This document shows positions 37,872 to 47,830 of a stretch of DNA of 64,000 nt, piece after piece. The translations under genes and the position numbers were made by a program. The notes beneath the pieces are model-generated. The model was not told where the DNA came from. It did no database searches and worked only from the letters and a program-made list of their open reading frames with translations. The stretch is from contig DATDXA010000031.1 in assembly GCA_035289485.1 (NCBI GenBank), forward strand, positions 1 to 64,000, given 5' to 3'. Within the stretch, counting starts at the first letter, position 1, and the number at the start of each line of letters is the position of its first letter. Origin of the DNA: an archaeon. GTDB lineage: Archaea; Iainarchaeota; Iainarchaeia; Iainarchaeales; Iainarchaeaceae.

Positions 37872-38141
37872 AGTAGTCTCCCCTTTTTCTTCATCAAAAA
37901 GAAAATTTCTATATTAGGAAAGTCTAACTTATTTAAATATTTATGGGGGAAGAGGCCCGAATACATAACTCTTTTCGCGGATTTGAGACGGTTTACGATT
38001 GTTTAATGGGGTTAGATGGCTAATGCCTGGCTCCTTCATGCCTGCTTGAAAAGGAGACAAAAACGTGTTATGTAGATGATATTTTTGAGGGTTAATACCT
38101 TCCCAATCCTTTATAAAAATCGTCGAAGCCCAATGTGCTCT

Positions 38142-39311
38142 ATGCCAATTATACTTGAAGCGGTTGAGCACAAGGAAGAGGGCTGCGGCTGCCACAGCCA
38201 CGAAGCTGCCGAGACCATCGAGGCTCCTGTTGCTGTTGAAGAATTCGACGGCGCGGAGATGAACTATGAGCACTCGGAAAAAGACGAGACAAAGTTCCTC
38301 TCAAAAAAGCAGGTAGAAAAACTAAAGAATTCAAGGTACGCAATGGTCGGCTCTCACTCTGCGGTCCAGATATGCTCATGGAACAAGAAAGCAATAAAGC
38401 AGGAAGGCGTTTGCTACAAGCAAAAATTCTACGGGATAGAATGCGCAAACTGCGCCCAGATGTCGCCTTCCGTTCTCTGGTGCAATGAAAATTGCGTTTT
38501 CTGCTGGCGCCCGATGGAGTGGATGCGCAACGTAAACCTTGAAGATGTTGAAGTTGATGCCCCTGCAAAGATAATTTCAGGGACAATTGTGCAGCGCCAA
38601 AAGCTGCTCTCAGGTTTTGGCGGCCTCACTTCCATAAACAAAGAGAGGTATGAGAAAAGCAAAATGCCGACGCACTGGGCGGTTTCGCTCTCTGGCGAAC
38701 CAACGCTCTACCCTAAAATCTGCGAACTCATTGCAGAAATCAAAAGCCTGCCCGAAACAAAAAGCGTGTTCCTTGTAACAAACGCGCAGAAGACCGATGT
38801 GTTTGAGAAAATGGCCACAAACAAAAAATACCTTCCAACGCAGCTTTACGTTTCACTAGATGCTCCAAATGAGGAGATGTTCAAAAAAATCAACCGCTCC
38901 GTTCTGCAGGATGGCTGGCAGAGGCTTGCGAATTCAATGCGCGTAATTTCAAATTTAGAAACACGAAAGGTCGTGCGCGTGACTCTTATGAAAAGCATCA
39001 ACGATGATGAGGCAAACCTGCAGGCATGGTCTGATTTGGTCTGGACAATGAAGCCGGAATTTTTGGAAATAAAATCCTACATGCACATCGGCGATTCACG
39101 CTCGCGCCTCTCACGTGACAACATGCCAACTTTTGATGAGATTAAAGCATGGTCAGAAAAATTCGCCGCAATTTCAGGATATGTTTGCAAGGATTTCTCG
39201 CGCCCGAGCAGGATAATGCTCCTTGTGCGCCCTGATTTGAAGGAAAAGAACACCAAGCTCGAATTCGCAAGAAAGGAAATGGGGCTTAACGGCGATGGAA
39301 TTGACTTTTAG
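38142..39311 (+). CDS. taw1: 4-demethylwyosine synthase TYW1/Taw1 (radical SAM)
   Basis: HSAVQIC.W, CYKQKFYGI, CNENCVFCWR and SLSGEPTLY motifs; TTTATAAA about 25 nt upstream. Confidence 0.93.
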   Translation: MPIILEAVEHKEEGCGCHSHEAAETIEAPVAVEEFDGAEMNYEHSEKDETKFLSKKQVEKLKNSRYAMVGSHSAVQICSWNKKAIKQEGVCYKQKFYGIECANCAQMSPSVLWCNENCVFCWRPMEWMRNVNLEDVEVDAPAKIISGTIVQRQKLLSGFGGLTSINKERYEKSKMPTHWAVSLSGEPTLYPKICELIAEIKSLPETKSVFLVTNAQKTDVFEKMATNKKYLPTQLYVSLDAPNEEMFKKINRSVLQDGWQRLANSMRVISNLETRKVVRVTLMKSINDDEANLQAWSDLVWTMKPEFLEIKSYMHIGDSRSRLSRDNMPTFDEIKAWSEKFAAISGYVCKDFSRPSRIMLLVRPDLKEKNTKLEFARKEMGLNGDGIDF

Positions 39312-39335
39312 AGTGCAGAAAAAACCCCGCGCGCC

Positions 39336-39857
39336 TCATTTCGTAAAACTTTTCCCAGTCACCCGGTTCCTGAAAATTCTCCAGCCATAAACCGTGTATG
39401 CCTTTGCCCTGTTTTTTTTCCACATTACGTGAAATTTCCTGATTTCATCACTCAATTGTTCATGCGTCGGGGGGAACGGAGAGCAGGCATACTGCAATCC
39501 CGCAAGGGACGGGCCCATCTCCTTGTACATTTTTCTGACGTCCTCTGGCATTTTCCAATAATCCTGCTTTACGAGTGGCCTAACTCCCACCAAAGTGAGC
39601 TTTCCGGAAAGCCAGTCTATGATTTGCGGGACCTCGTCAATGTGATATTTTCTCAGGAATTTGCCGACCGGCGTTACCCGGTTATCCTCTTTTTTCAGTT
39701 TTTCGATTGCGTGGTCACCTGCCATGACATGCATGTAATCAGTGTGCGCACCGCGCTTCATTGTCCGAAGTTTCCTGATTATAATAGGTTTCCCTCCTTT
39801 TCCGACACGCACCTGTGCGTGAATCGGGCCCAAATCGGAAAAAGTCTTCAGCTTCAT
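39336..39857 (-). CDS. Bacterial sugar transferase (phosphoglycosyl transferase) catalytic-domain protein
   Basis: QVRVGKGG, KLRTM, DNRVTPVGKFLRKYHIDEVPQ and LVGVRP motifs. Confidence 0.8.
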   Translation of the reverse strand: MKLKTFSDLGPIHAQVRVGKGGKPIIIRKLRTMKRGAHTDYMHVMAGDHAIEKLKKEDNRVTPVGKFLRKYHIDEVPQIIDWLSGKLTLVGVRPLVKQDYWKMPEDVRKMYKEMGPSLAGLQYACSPFPPTHEQLSDEIRKFHVMWKKNRAKAYTVYGWRIFRNRVTGKSFTK

Positions 39858-39949
39858 ACGAAAAAAATGCCTTAAGTTAAGAAAAACCATCCGGTTCCCG
39901 GCATCCCTTACCAAAATTCTTAAATAAACCAACCGCCTTTATTCCAAAC

Positions 39950-40210
39950 ATGGCTCGCCACGATGACGAAGAGACAACGCTTGAGGGCAGCAGGTTCTGG
40001 GACGCCGGAAAGATAATGCTCGTGGTTGTTTTCGTGGTAGGATTTATCGCAGGCGCATTCGTCACAAACAAATTCATTGACAATAATGCCCTCACAACAA
40101 CGCAGGCCGATTCAAATTCACTTTTAGAGCAGAACCGCTTCCTTGATGAGCGCAACGATTCCCTGTATAGCTGCCTTACAAATTATGGCATAGACCCGAA
40201 TTCGTGCTAG
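39950..40210 (+). CDS. Small single-TM protein
   Basis: One TM followed by a short coiled coil and two C-terminal Cys. Confidence 0.6.
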   Translation: MARHDDEETTLEGSRFWDAGKIMLVVVFVVGFIAGAFVTNKFIDNNALTTTQADSNSLLEQNRFLDERNDSLYSCLTNYGIDPNSC

Positions 40211-40213
40211 GCC

Positions 40214-40843
40214 TTAAGAAACACGCCCGCGCTTTTTCTTGCGGTAGTGCTTTGAGTTGAAGTGCTCCCGCAGCTCCTCAATCTGGCTTTTTGGCATCTT
40301 AATTTCATTATCCTTCACCGCTTTTTCTATCCGCGCCGCAATATTCTCCCCGGCCCCTTCAAGCCTTTTTTGTGTTTCAACCATTATCTGCTGCGCCTTC
40401 TCAGAGCGCGCCTCGTGCAGTGCCTTCTCAACCTCGTGCAATAAATCAATCATCTCAGAGCTTGCCGCGTGCAAATCCTTCTGCAGATGGCCCGCCCTTT
40501 TTAGGTTATTTGAAAAATGTGATTTCTCCTTGCGCGCTTTCCTTGCAATATCAAGCGCGTCATCAAGGAGCGCATGTATTTTTTTCCCCGCATTTCCCGC
40601 AAGGCTTCCGTGCGCGCGCACAGCCTCTTCCATTTCGTGCAGCGACTCTTCCACGGATTTTTCGAGATTTACAAGCGTAAGCTTTGTATGGATCGCAGAC
40701 CTTATCTCATTGTACTCTTTTCTTTCAATGAGCCTGCGCGCCATTTTTGTTTCCAGGGCGTACGCCTTTTTGAGAAGCGCCTCGCGCTCCTTTTCAAGCG
40801 AGGGTATCTTGTCCGCGCCAAACATCAATTCAAACGGGTTCAT
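40214..40843 (-). CDS. Coiled-coil hypothetical protein
   Basis: 209-aa helical charged ORF. Confidence 0.65.
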   Translation of the reverse strand: MNPFELMFGADKIPSLEKEREALLKKAYALETKMARRLIERKEYNEIRSAIHTKLTLVNLEKSVEESLHEMEEAVRAHGSLAGNAGKKIHALLDDALDIARKARKEKSHFSNNLKRAGHLQKDLHAASSEMIDLLHEVEKALHEARSEKAQQIMVETQKRLEGAGENIAARIEKAVKDNEIKMPKSQIEELREHFNSKHYRKKKRGRVS

Positions 40844-40892
40844 GCCTTTAGGTTCAGGCTTTCTGCAAATAAAATGGTTGCGGTTGCCCAGG

Positions 40893-41255
40893 TTATTTCA
40901 CAAATTCCGTATTTCCCATTCCCCTAAAATCATTGTCGCCTGTGAGGAATTTCATTCCGCGCTTTTCTGCAAGTGTATAGCCCACGCAATCCGAATATGA
41001 GAGTGCCTTCTTTTTGTGCGCGTGCCGCAGTTTTGCAGCCTCAAATAGCTCGTTCTTTTCAATTTCCACAATGTTCAGGTTAAGCTCTGCATATTTTTCC
41101 TCGACTTTTGCGCTCTCGTGGTATTTTAGCATATAATAAAGCAGTTCCACGGCGTTAAATGCCGACGTATTTATCGTTTCGTTTAGGTATTTTCTATAAT
41201 TCGGGTTGCCCTGCAACATTTCAATTATGGCGTATGTATCGAAAAAATACATCAC
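40893..41255 (-). CDS. vapC: PIN-domain VapC toxin
   Basis: FFDTYAIIE, LSYSDC and TGDNDF motifs. Confidence 0.9.
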   Translation of the reverse strand: MMYFFDTYAIIEMLQGNPNYRKYLNETINTSAFNAVELLYYMLKYHESAKVEEKYAELNLNIVEIEKNELFEAAKLRHAHKKKALSYSDCVGYTLAEKRGMKFLTGDNDFRGMGNTEFVK

Positions 41256-41473
41256 CAGTCACTTTCCTTTCTTATTTCATCCTTAATTTTCTGCGCGTCA
41301 AGCTTCCATCCTTTAAGCGAACCAAACACCTTTGGATTGGGCGTCTTCTTTTTTCTCAATTCCACAATGATTTCCTCATCAGGCCCGATTTTTTCGAGTG
41401 CGACAATTTCCTTAGGTATCCTAAATCCTATGCTGTTCCCCCAGCTCCTTGTTTTTGCGACAATTTCAACCAT
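41252..41473 (-). CDS. AbrB/MazE-family antitoxin
   Basis: RSWGNSIGFRIPKE motif; 4-nt overlap with vapC. Confidence 0.9.
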   Translation of the reverse strand: MVEIVAKTRSWGNSIGFRIPKEIVALEKIGPDEEIIVELRKKKTPNPKVFGSLKGWKLDAQKIKDEIRKESDW

Positions 41474-41594
41474 GTTTTTTGCTCCAGATTCTAACTAATT
41501 ATACAATAATTATACTTTAAACCTTTCTTTACGAATATTCAATATTACGTCAATCAACGAAATACTTAAATGTGTTTTGCTGTAAAGTTTTTGC

Positions 41595-44500
41595 ATGGGA
41601 AAAAAACTCCTGCCTTTGCTGCTGCTCTTTTCGCTTGTTTTTGCAGGCTGCCTTGCCAACCCGACAACCGAAGACCGCCTCTCCTGCCTCGAACTCACAT
41701 CATATGCTTTCACATCAATCCCCCAATGCAAAACGCAGGATGAGTGCTTTTCGCGCGCACAGGCTGCTCTTGGTTTTGATGAATCCTCCCTTAACTCCAT
41801 TACCCGTGAAGAGCTCCTAGGCGCAAAAAACCATCTCGCGCGCTCATGGCTCTTTCTCAATAACGCAAGGGCGAATCTCAAAAACATCCATGCCTTATGC
41901 TACTCCGAGAGCTATTTGGGAATTCCAATGGAAGTGAATGAGCTCAATTCAAATCTCACAACCGTTGGAAAAGAAATAGATTTCTTCAACAAATCCGCGG
42001 CGCGCGCAATCAACACAGAGCTCACTTCAATGGAACTAGATGACATCAATGTGATTGCGCAAGAGCCGCTCTTTGATGATTACTCAGTTCTAAACCAGAA
42101 TGTGGTGGATTTTTCGGCGCACAATTCCTCCGGTAAAACCTACGCCTCACGGTTCATCCGCGAGGCCGAAAAATTCAACACAATCGCGCAAACACTAAGC
42201 CTTCAGGGCACACTGCAGCAAACAAGCCTTTTTGGAATAGTTTCAGAAAACAAATCCGCGGCAAAAGAACTGCTAGCCGAATCATCAAAAAAGAGGGATT
42301 TTCCGCTGCAAATAATCGCGCCGGTTTTTTATGGCATTTCAGATTTCCTGCGTGATTTTTTTGCGCTCGGAGGCTCTCTGCAGTCCCTAAAAGCCCTGCC
42401 CTCATTTGATGTGCTATCCTCAATCAACAGCCTCGTGGGAAGCGACAACTCCGCCGCATCTGAATTCTTCTCAGTATTCAAGTCAGATGCGGAGCACAGG
42501 AATTTACTGAACCTGAAAAACTCCGGCAAGATGCAGCGGGCAAGTTCAGAACTGCCATTGCTTGAATCCGGGCTTGAAATGATTTCCGCTTCCCTCAAAT
42601 CAATTTACACGCAGGATTACCTTGATGCCGGCCTTGCATCCTCGGGTTTTGAGGAATTTCCCGTATCCGAACCGGATCCGCGCAATTTCTATTCTGCTTA
42701 TTCTGCAAGGATAAATTTCGTAAAATCGAGGCTGCGCTCCCTTGAGCAGGCGGAGTTTCTTGGCACAATAACCCTTGGCGCAAAAACAACAGAACTTATC
42801 GAAATACTAGAAGAGAATTCGCGCATTGCAAATGAAATGGATTATTTCACGAGGCTCTCATCCGGCGCCCTGTCCGCATGCGCAGAAAGCCTCTTGCTCG
42901 CAGAATCAAAAATTTCCTCAAAAGAATTTGAATCGGGAGATGCCGCCGTACTCTCACTCAAGGCAAAGCTGGCTTCCGAGATTTCGGATTTCAAAGCGCA
43001 AAACCGACTCTCAGGGTGCATTGCAGCGCTTGCGGATTTTCGCAGGCTCGAAGAATACATTAAAAGCGAAAACCCAAGTGCAAAAGCAGCCGAACTGATT
43101 GCAGCGTGCATAATTGATGCGCAGCAGCTCGGCCCTTTTGCGCAATCAGCGGAACTTTCCGCGCAGCTAAATGCCCTAAACAAAATAGTGCCGCCATATG
43201 CTAACCCCGAACTTGTCCTATCTTCCTGCACAAGCTTAAAACAGAGGCTTCTAACCTCCGCGCAATCCTCAGCCGAATCCGCTTCCGCAACACAAAAATT
43301 TTCCACACTCTCAAATTACGTCTCAATTCTTGCGCAATTTGCAGCGAAATTTCCCTCTCTTCCATCGGAGCCCGCGGCAAAAAAACTCCAGAATTCTTTC
43401 ACGGAAATTTCCTCAAATTTTACTGATTCCGGCATCAAGAGCGAATCAATTGCGCAAGCGTCCGAACTTGGCGCAAAGCTCGAAAGCCTCAATGCGGATG
43501 CAGAGCAAACACTCAAATCACTTGCCTCAGAGGCGGTGGAAAAATATTCCAAAATAGATTACCCGCAAAACCCGAACCCTCTTCTAATCCCTTCTGGTGT
43601 GCTTTCTGCTTCACAATCCTTTGCGAGAATTTCGTTTGAAAATATCCCCCGCGAAATTCCCCTGTCCGTTATTTCCGCAATAAGCCTGAATTCGCGGGAT
43701 GCCGCCGCTGTTTTCTCCACAGGAAATATCGGCTTTGCAGCCCAGGGCGAGAAAACATCCCTGCGTTTTACCGGCCTTCTGCCCGGCATAAATTCAATAG
43801 TGCTTGATCTCAATGCATTCGCCCAAAGCGCGGGAGCAAAAAATCCCGAAATTCCGCTAAGTGCCGGCGCGGAAAAAATAATCTCTGAAAAAGACTCCAT
43901 CCTGAAAAACGCCGCACAATTTTCAGGCGACAAAAAACCCGAGATTGATTTTTTCTCCCAAAAAATAGATTTCCTTGCAAAGCAGGGGCTTTTGGATGAT
44001 GCGGCAAAGGCGCTTGCGCTGCTTAAGGAAACTTATTCGGGCGCGGAAGTGCAGGCACAGGAGGCGCTAAAAAAGAAAGCCGATTCATACGCCGAGAAAT
44101 TCGGGCAGCTTGCAGCCCTGCGCACCTCCCTTGCAAAGAATTCGAAAGATTTGCTTGATAATTTTTCCTCGCTTGGCGCAGCAATTCCCGCAGAAATTGC
44201 CGCATATATCCCGATTACAGGGCAGCGCGCAAAAGAACTCTCTGTGCTTGCAGCAAAACAAATTCCGCAGGAAAAGGAATTTGCAGCCCTTATGCAAAAA
44301 GGCGATTTTGCAGGCGCCATATCGCTTGCCGAAAAAACAGGGCTTGATGAACAAATAACGCTGCTTGATTCTGCTAACAGCGAATCGGAAAATGCCATTG
44401 AAAAAATCAGGCAGAACGCAATCTCCTCATACGAACTCGCTTCAGAAAAAAGCAAATCTTCTCCTGCGAGTGCCGCTGCCGAGCAGCTTCTCTTAAAATC

Positions 44501-44759
44501 CAGGGATTCTTTGGGGAAAAAATCCTACCTAAGCTCCCTGCTAAATTCCTCAAATGCGCTTGCTGTTCTCCCTTCGGGCAACCAAAACCTTTTCGGGGGT
44601 TTTGAAATTCCGCTTCCGGTTTACCCGCTCGCTCTTGTGGTTGTCGCTGCAGGAATTTATGCGTGGAAAAAGAAATCCGTTCAAAAGCCCGCAGAGCCTT
44701 CAAGAGTAAAAAAAGCAAATGAAGAAAATCAGGAAGATGCAGAGCCGCTTCTTTTCTAA
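41595..44759 (+). CDS. Large helical surface protein with N-terminal lipobox and C-terminal TM
   Basis: VFAGC lipobox; 1054 aa; VYPLALVVVAAGIYAWKKK. Confidence 0.75.
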   Translation: MGKKLLPLLLLFSLVFAGCLANPTTEDRLSCLELTSYAFTSIPQCKTQDECFSRAQAALGFDESSLNSITREELLGAKNHLARSWLFLNNARANLKNIHALCYSESYLGIPMEVNELNSNLTTVGKEIDFFNKSAARAINTELTSMELDDINVIAQEPLFDDYSVLNQNVVDFSAHNSSGKTYASRFIREAEKFNTIAQTLSLQGTLQQTSLFGIVSENKSAAKELLAESSKKRDFPLQIIAPVFYGISDFLRDFFALGGSLQSLKALPSFDVLSSINSLVGSDNSAASEFFSVFKSDAEHRNLLNLKNSGKMQRASSELPLLESGLEMISASLKSIYTQDYLDAGLASSGFEEFPVSEPDPRNFYSAYSARINFVKSRLRSLEQAEFLGTITLGAKTTELIEILEENSRIANEMDYFTRLSSGALSACAESLLLAESKISSKEFESGDAAVLSLKAKLASEISDFKAQNRLSGCIAALADFRRLEEYIKSENPSAKAAELIAACIIDAQQLGPFAQSAELSAQLNALNKIVPPYANPELVLSSCTSLKQRLLTSAQSSAESASATQKFSTLSNYVSILAQFAAKFPSLPSEPAAKKLQNSFTEISSNFTDSGIKSESIAQASELGAKLESLNADAEQTLKSLASEAVEKYSKIDYPQNPNPLLIPSGVLSASQSFARISFENIPREIPLSVISAISLNSRDAAAVFSTGNIGFAAQGEKTSLRFTGLLPGINSIVLDLNAFAQSAGAKNPEIPLSAGAEKIISEKDSILKNAAQFSGDKKPEIDFFSQKIDFLAKQGLLDDAAKALALLKETYSGAEVQAQEALKKKADSYAEKFGQLAALRTSLAKNSKDLLDNFSSLGAAIPAEIAAYIPITGQRAKELSVLAAKQIPQEKEFAALMQKGDFAGAISLAEKTGLDEQITLLDSANSESENAIEKIRQNAISSYELASEKSKSSPASAAAEQLLLKSRDSLGKKSYLSSLLNSSNALAVLPSGNQNLFGGFEIPLPVYPLALVVVAAGIYAWKKKSVQKPAEPSRVKKANEENQEDAEPLLF

Positions 44760-44760
44760 A

Positions 44761-45978
44761 TCATTTCTTCAAATAAAAGTAGGCGAAAACACCAAGCGAA
44801 ATCAGCGCAAGTATTGCAGAGCCGATTATTTCAATCCCTATTCCCTTCTGCAATGTCACAGTTGTGGTTTCGCACTCAAGCAGGCGCGATTCATACTCTG
44901 CCGCGCACCCAAGTTCGTAATTGCCAGCGCTCAGGCCTTTCACGCTGAAAACAACATCCTGCGAAGCATTTGGTTCAAGCGTGCCAATTGATTTGGATTT
45001 TTCCCCGGTAACTTCAAGGCCCGTAAGAGGCGTTATTGCTACGCTAGAAACATTTTCCTTGCTTATATTTTGCACCGTGATTTTGAGCGGAATGCTCCCC
45101 CCAGTGTAGAGCTTGTCATTATCCAGCGCGACTTTTACCGAAATCTTGTGCGGCGGCTCAACCGCCCCAAGATCTGGCCTGTTTGTGAGCATCCTCTCTT
45201 CCTCACCAAAAACATTTGTAAATGCCATGACCGAGGGGAGCAGCGTGAAGGGCACTGCCTTGTGCGCTACAATAAAATATGAAATGCTCAGTTCCCCAGG
45301 CTTTGCGCAGTTTCCAAGCGCATCCCGCTCAGAGCACTTTGGCACTGTTCCGCTCTTTGAAGTGATTCCGTCAAGCACGCTAACTTCAGGAGCCGCCCTT
45401 TCAAGCTCGGCTTTTCTATAGCTTAGTGAAACCGTTGCATCTTCAGTTCCAAAATTTCTTGCAACTGAAGTGATTTTGAACGGCACTCCCACATATGGCG
45501 CGTAAGTGTCAAGGTCCATTTTGAAGCCTTTCTCCTGCGGGAAATAAGCTCCCGTATAAACCCCGAATTTCGAATCCGCAAAAACCGTTATCGCATTCAC
45601 GGTGTAAGAAGTCTGGCCGCAAACCGTGACGCTGTTATTTTCCTTCAAAAGCCCCTGGGGCACCGGGATTCTCACAACCCCGTTCTGGAAATCGGCGTAT
45701 GTAAGCTCTGCAATCTTTTGCGTGTTGAATAAAACATTGATTTTCGCGTTGCTCTTTGGCACGGGCGCGAGATTTGCATTGAGTGAAATTATCTGAAACA
45801 TCTCTGCGTTGATGTCGCCTGAGTAAATAAAATCAAAATTTGTGCACTTGTGCACATTAACCCCGCTTATGTAGAAATCCTGGTAGCCTTGGTCGTGGAA
45901 AGTGAATTCCTGCACAACCGCTGCTGAGGTTATGTAGCTGAAAAATACTAGTGCAAATAAAATAAGGAATTTTTTCAT
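44761..45978 (-). CDS. Surface protein with Ig-like/CARDB-like domains and C-terminal TM
   Basis: Signal peptide; ITVQN...LEPNASQDVVF...AGNYEL; C-terminal TM. Confidence 0.75.
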   Translation of the reverse strand: MKKFLILFALVFFSYITSAAVVQEFTFHDQGYQDFYISGVNVHKCTNFDFIYSGDINAEMFQIISLNANLAPVPKSNAKINVLFNTQKIAELTYADFQNGVVRIPVPQGLLKENNSVTVCGQTSYTVNAITVFADSKFGVYTGAYFPQEKGFKMDLDTYAPYVGVPFKITSVARNFGTEDATVSLSYRKAELERAAPEVSVLDGITSKSGTVPKCSERDALGNCAKPGELSISYFIVAHKAVPFTLLPSVMAFTNVFGEEERMLTNRPDLGAVEPPHKISVKVALDNDKLYTGGSIPLKITVQNISKENVSSVAITPLTGLEVTGEKSKSIGTLEPNASQDVVFSVKGLSAGNYELGCAAEYESRLLECETTTVTLQKGIGIEIIGSAILALISLGVFAYFYLKK

Positions 45979-45982
45979 TCGG

Positions 45983-46510
45983 TCACTTCTTTCTTTTAGT
46001 TTTCCTGGAAAGTTCCTTCAAAGGCTTTGCGCGCAGGAACAGTTCAGTAATTATTGAATCCGTTGTTTCTTTAATAGTTTTCCTGTTCTCAAGCTCGATG
46101 ATTTTTGCCTTTGCATAGTTGCGAGCGGCATGCTTTTTGCAGTAATCTATCCCTTCGCAGAACACATTGTCCTGCACCTTTTCATCCCTGTATCCGCGCA
46201 GTTCAAGCCTTGCCCCTAATCTCTCAGGGTTCAGGCGCAGCAGCACGCAAAAATCAAACTTGCCCTTTATTTCGCAGAGCATATGCCCCTCAACAATGAT
46301 GTTTTTTTCCTTTGCAAGGAGTTTATTTAGCCTCGATTCTAGTTTTTCAATCGGCACCACGAGTTCATTTTCCGCGGCGTCAAACTCCCCGATTCCTTCG
46401 CGCAGCGAGAATTCTTTCTCATTGAGGACCTTATGCCCGAGCTCCTGCCCAAGCTTTTTTGCAATGGTGGTTTTGCCAACCCCCGGGGTTCCTGTTATGC
46501 AGATTCGCAT
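45983..46510 (-). CDS. Archaeal adenylate kinase AK6/Fap7 family
   Basis: ITGTPGVGKTT, IVEGH and RL..RGY...KV..N motifs. Confidence 0.9.
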   Translation of the reverse strand: MRICITGTPGVGKTTIAKKLGQELGHKVLNEKEFSLREGIGEFDAAENELVVPIEKLESRLNKLLAKEKNIIVEGHMLCEIKGKFDFCVLLRLNPERLGARLELRGYRDEKVQDNVFCEGIDYCKKHAARNYAKAKIIELENRKTIKETTDSIITELFLRAKPLKELSRKTKRKK

Positions 46511-46623
46511 CTGGAAATTGGGTCAGGATGGTAATAAAGCATTTCCGAATCGGCCATTAAATCAGAAAGCTGAAAATAGAAAAAGCGGCGGAAAGAGGAG
46601 AAGGGGTGAACAATGAGATTAGC

Positions 46624-46779
46624 TTACAGAGGCTTAATAGCATAAGTCTTCCTTAGGCCAATAGCTTGGTCAGTTAACCTCTCCCCGCCTTGTTCTAGGC
46701 ACAGAAGCAATTTGGCGGCATTGGACTGCTGTTCGGTCTTTAGCCCACTACCACTTACAGATGACATTAAATGTTCCAT
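46624..46779 (-). other. Possible small transcript: 51-aa ORF or structured RNA
   Basis: GAAAGGTATTTATA promoter-like motif upstream; MEHLMSSV...IKPL*; long-range stem 46587-46598 with 46678-46689. Confidence 0.3.
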
Positions 46780-47116
46780 GCCCAAAACATCATCTCTAAT
46801 GATTTAAGTAGTATAAATACCTTTCTGTACAACGGAGCAAGTATAAGGCTCCGTTTACCTAAAGGAGTCATTTTGTTCAGTTATTTGGAAAAATAAGCTT
46901 TATAGTGCCTTTTTTCTTATGTATATTCACTTTTTTTTCGCGCTAAAAAAATTTTTGAAAAAACGCGAAAATTCGGTTTATGTATATGGGTGTTTCTGTG
47001 AAAAATTTCGCGCTTAATCGCCAAAATGGTTTTTACGGCTTTTCGCGTTTTTCCGTGTCCAAATTTTCGCGCGAATGATGTTTTCATAACGCAAAAAATG
47101 GTTTAGAAAAAGAGTT

Positions 47117-47182
47117 TTAGCAAAACAAATACTTTCTTAGTATATTTTGGGCTGTTCCGGAAGCCTGCTTCCCATTATGGCA
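47117..47182 (+). repeat. Diverged direct repeat, left copy
   Basis: TTAGCAAAACAAA...GTATATTTT...CCATTATGGCA. Confidence 0.65.
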
Positions 47183-47212
47183 AGTAAATGATAGTGGAAC
47201 TGAATTATCCAT

Positions 47213-47539
47213 TCAAATATTTTTCATCAATTCCTTTTTCACTTTCTCAAAGAACTGCGGGGTTACTTTGCCAATCTCCTTGAGGAAAAGTTCCTTTTCC
47301 ATCGAGGCAATGGTATCCGTTCTTACAAAGCTTTTTGCCCTGAGTTCCCCTGAAAAATCCTTTTCCGTCATTTCAAGCTCAAATTCTTTCATGGTTGCCT
47401 TGGTTGTCAGGGGGCAAGTCCAATAGAATGCGTGCGCGTTGTTGAAATGTTCATTTGAGATTATCAGTGCCGGCCTTATTTTGTAATCAATTTGGTTTGT
47501 GAAGGGAAACCTTGCCAAAGCCACGGTTAATTGGTTCAT
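47213..47539 (-). CDS. mazF: MazF/PemK-family toxin
   Basis: FPFTN...KIRPALIISN and CPLTT motifs. Confidence 0.88.
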   Translation of the reverse strand: MNQLTVALARFPFTNQIDYKIRPALIISNEHFNNAHAFYWTCPLTTKATMKEFELEMTEKDFSGELRAKSFVRTDTIASMEKELFLKEIGKVTPQFFEKVKKELMKNI

Positions 47540-47545
47540 TGAAAA

Positions 47546-47761
47546 TCACAGGTATGTTTTCCAGATTTCGTCCTCATCGTTGCCCCATATTTTTTCAAGC
47601 GCCCTTTGCGAAAGTGCCGCTTTGGCATACTTGTTCGGGCCCATTTTTTCCCGCAGTATTTCCCTTATGACCTCACTTCTGCTCTTGTAGAGGCCTGATT
47701 TTACCCTGCCGTCTATCCATTTTTCCATTTCATCCGTGACATCCGCGCTTAGTGTTGTCAT
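47546..47761 (-). CDS. Ribbon-helix-helix antitoxin
   Basis: VKSGLYKSRSEVIREILR; acidic aromatic tail LEKIWGNDEDEIW. Confidence 0.85.
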   Translation of the reverse strand: MTTLSADVTDEMEKWIDGRVKSGLYKSRSEVIREILREKMGPNKYAKAALSQRALEKIWGNDEDEIWKTYL

Positions 47762-47768
47762 ACATCAC

Positions 47769-47784
47769 ATATAGCGGGCTATAT
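47769..47784. promoter_or_regulatory. Inverted repeat ATATAGC-gg-GCTATAT, likely TA operator
   Basis: Lies between a TATA-like tract and the antitoxin start. Confidence 0.55.
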
Positions 47785-47830
47785 TTTTAAAGGTTATGAA
47801 ATTGGCAAAGCAGGGCAATCTTGCACAAAA

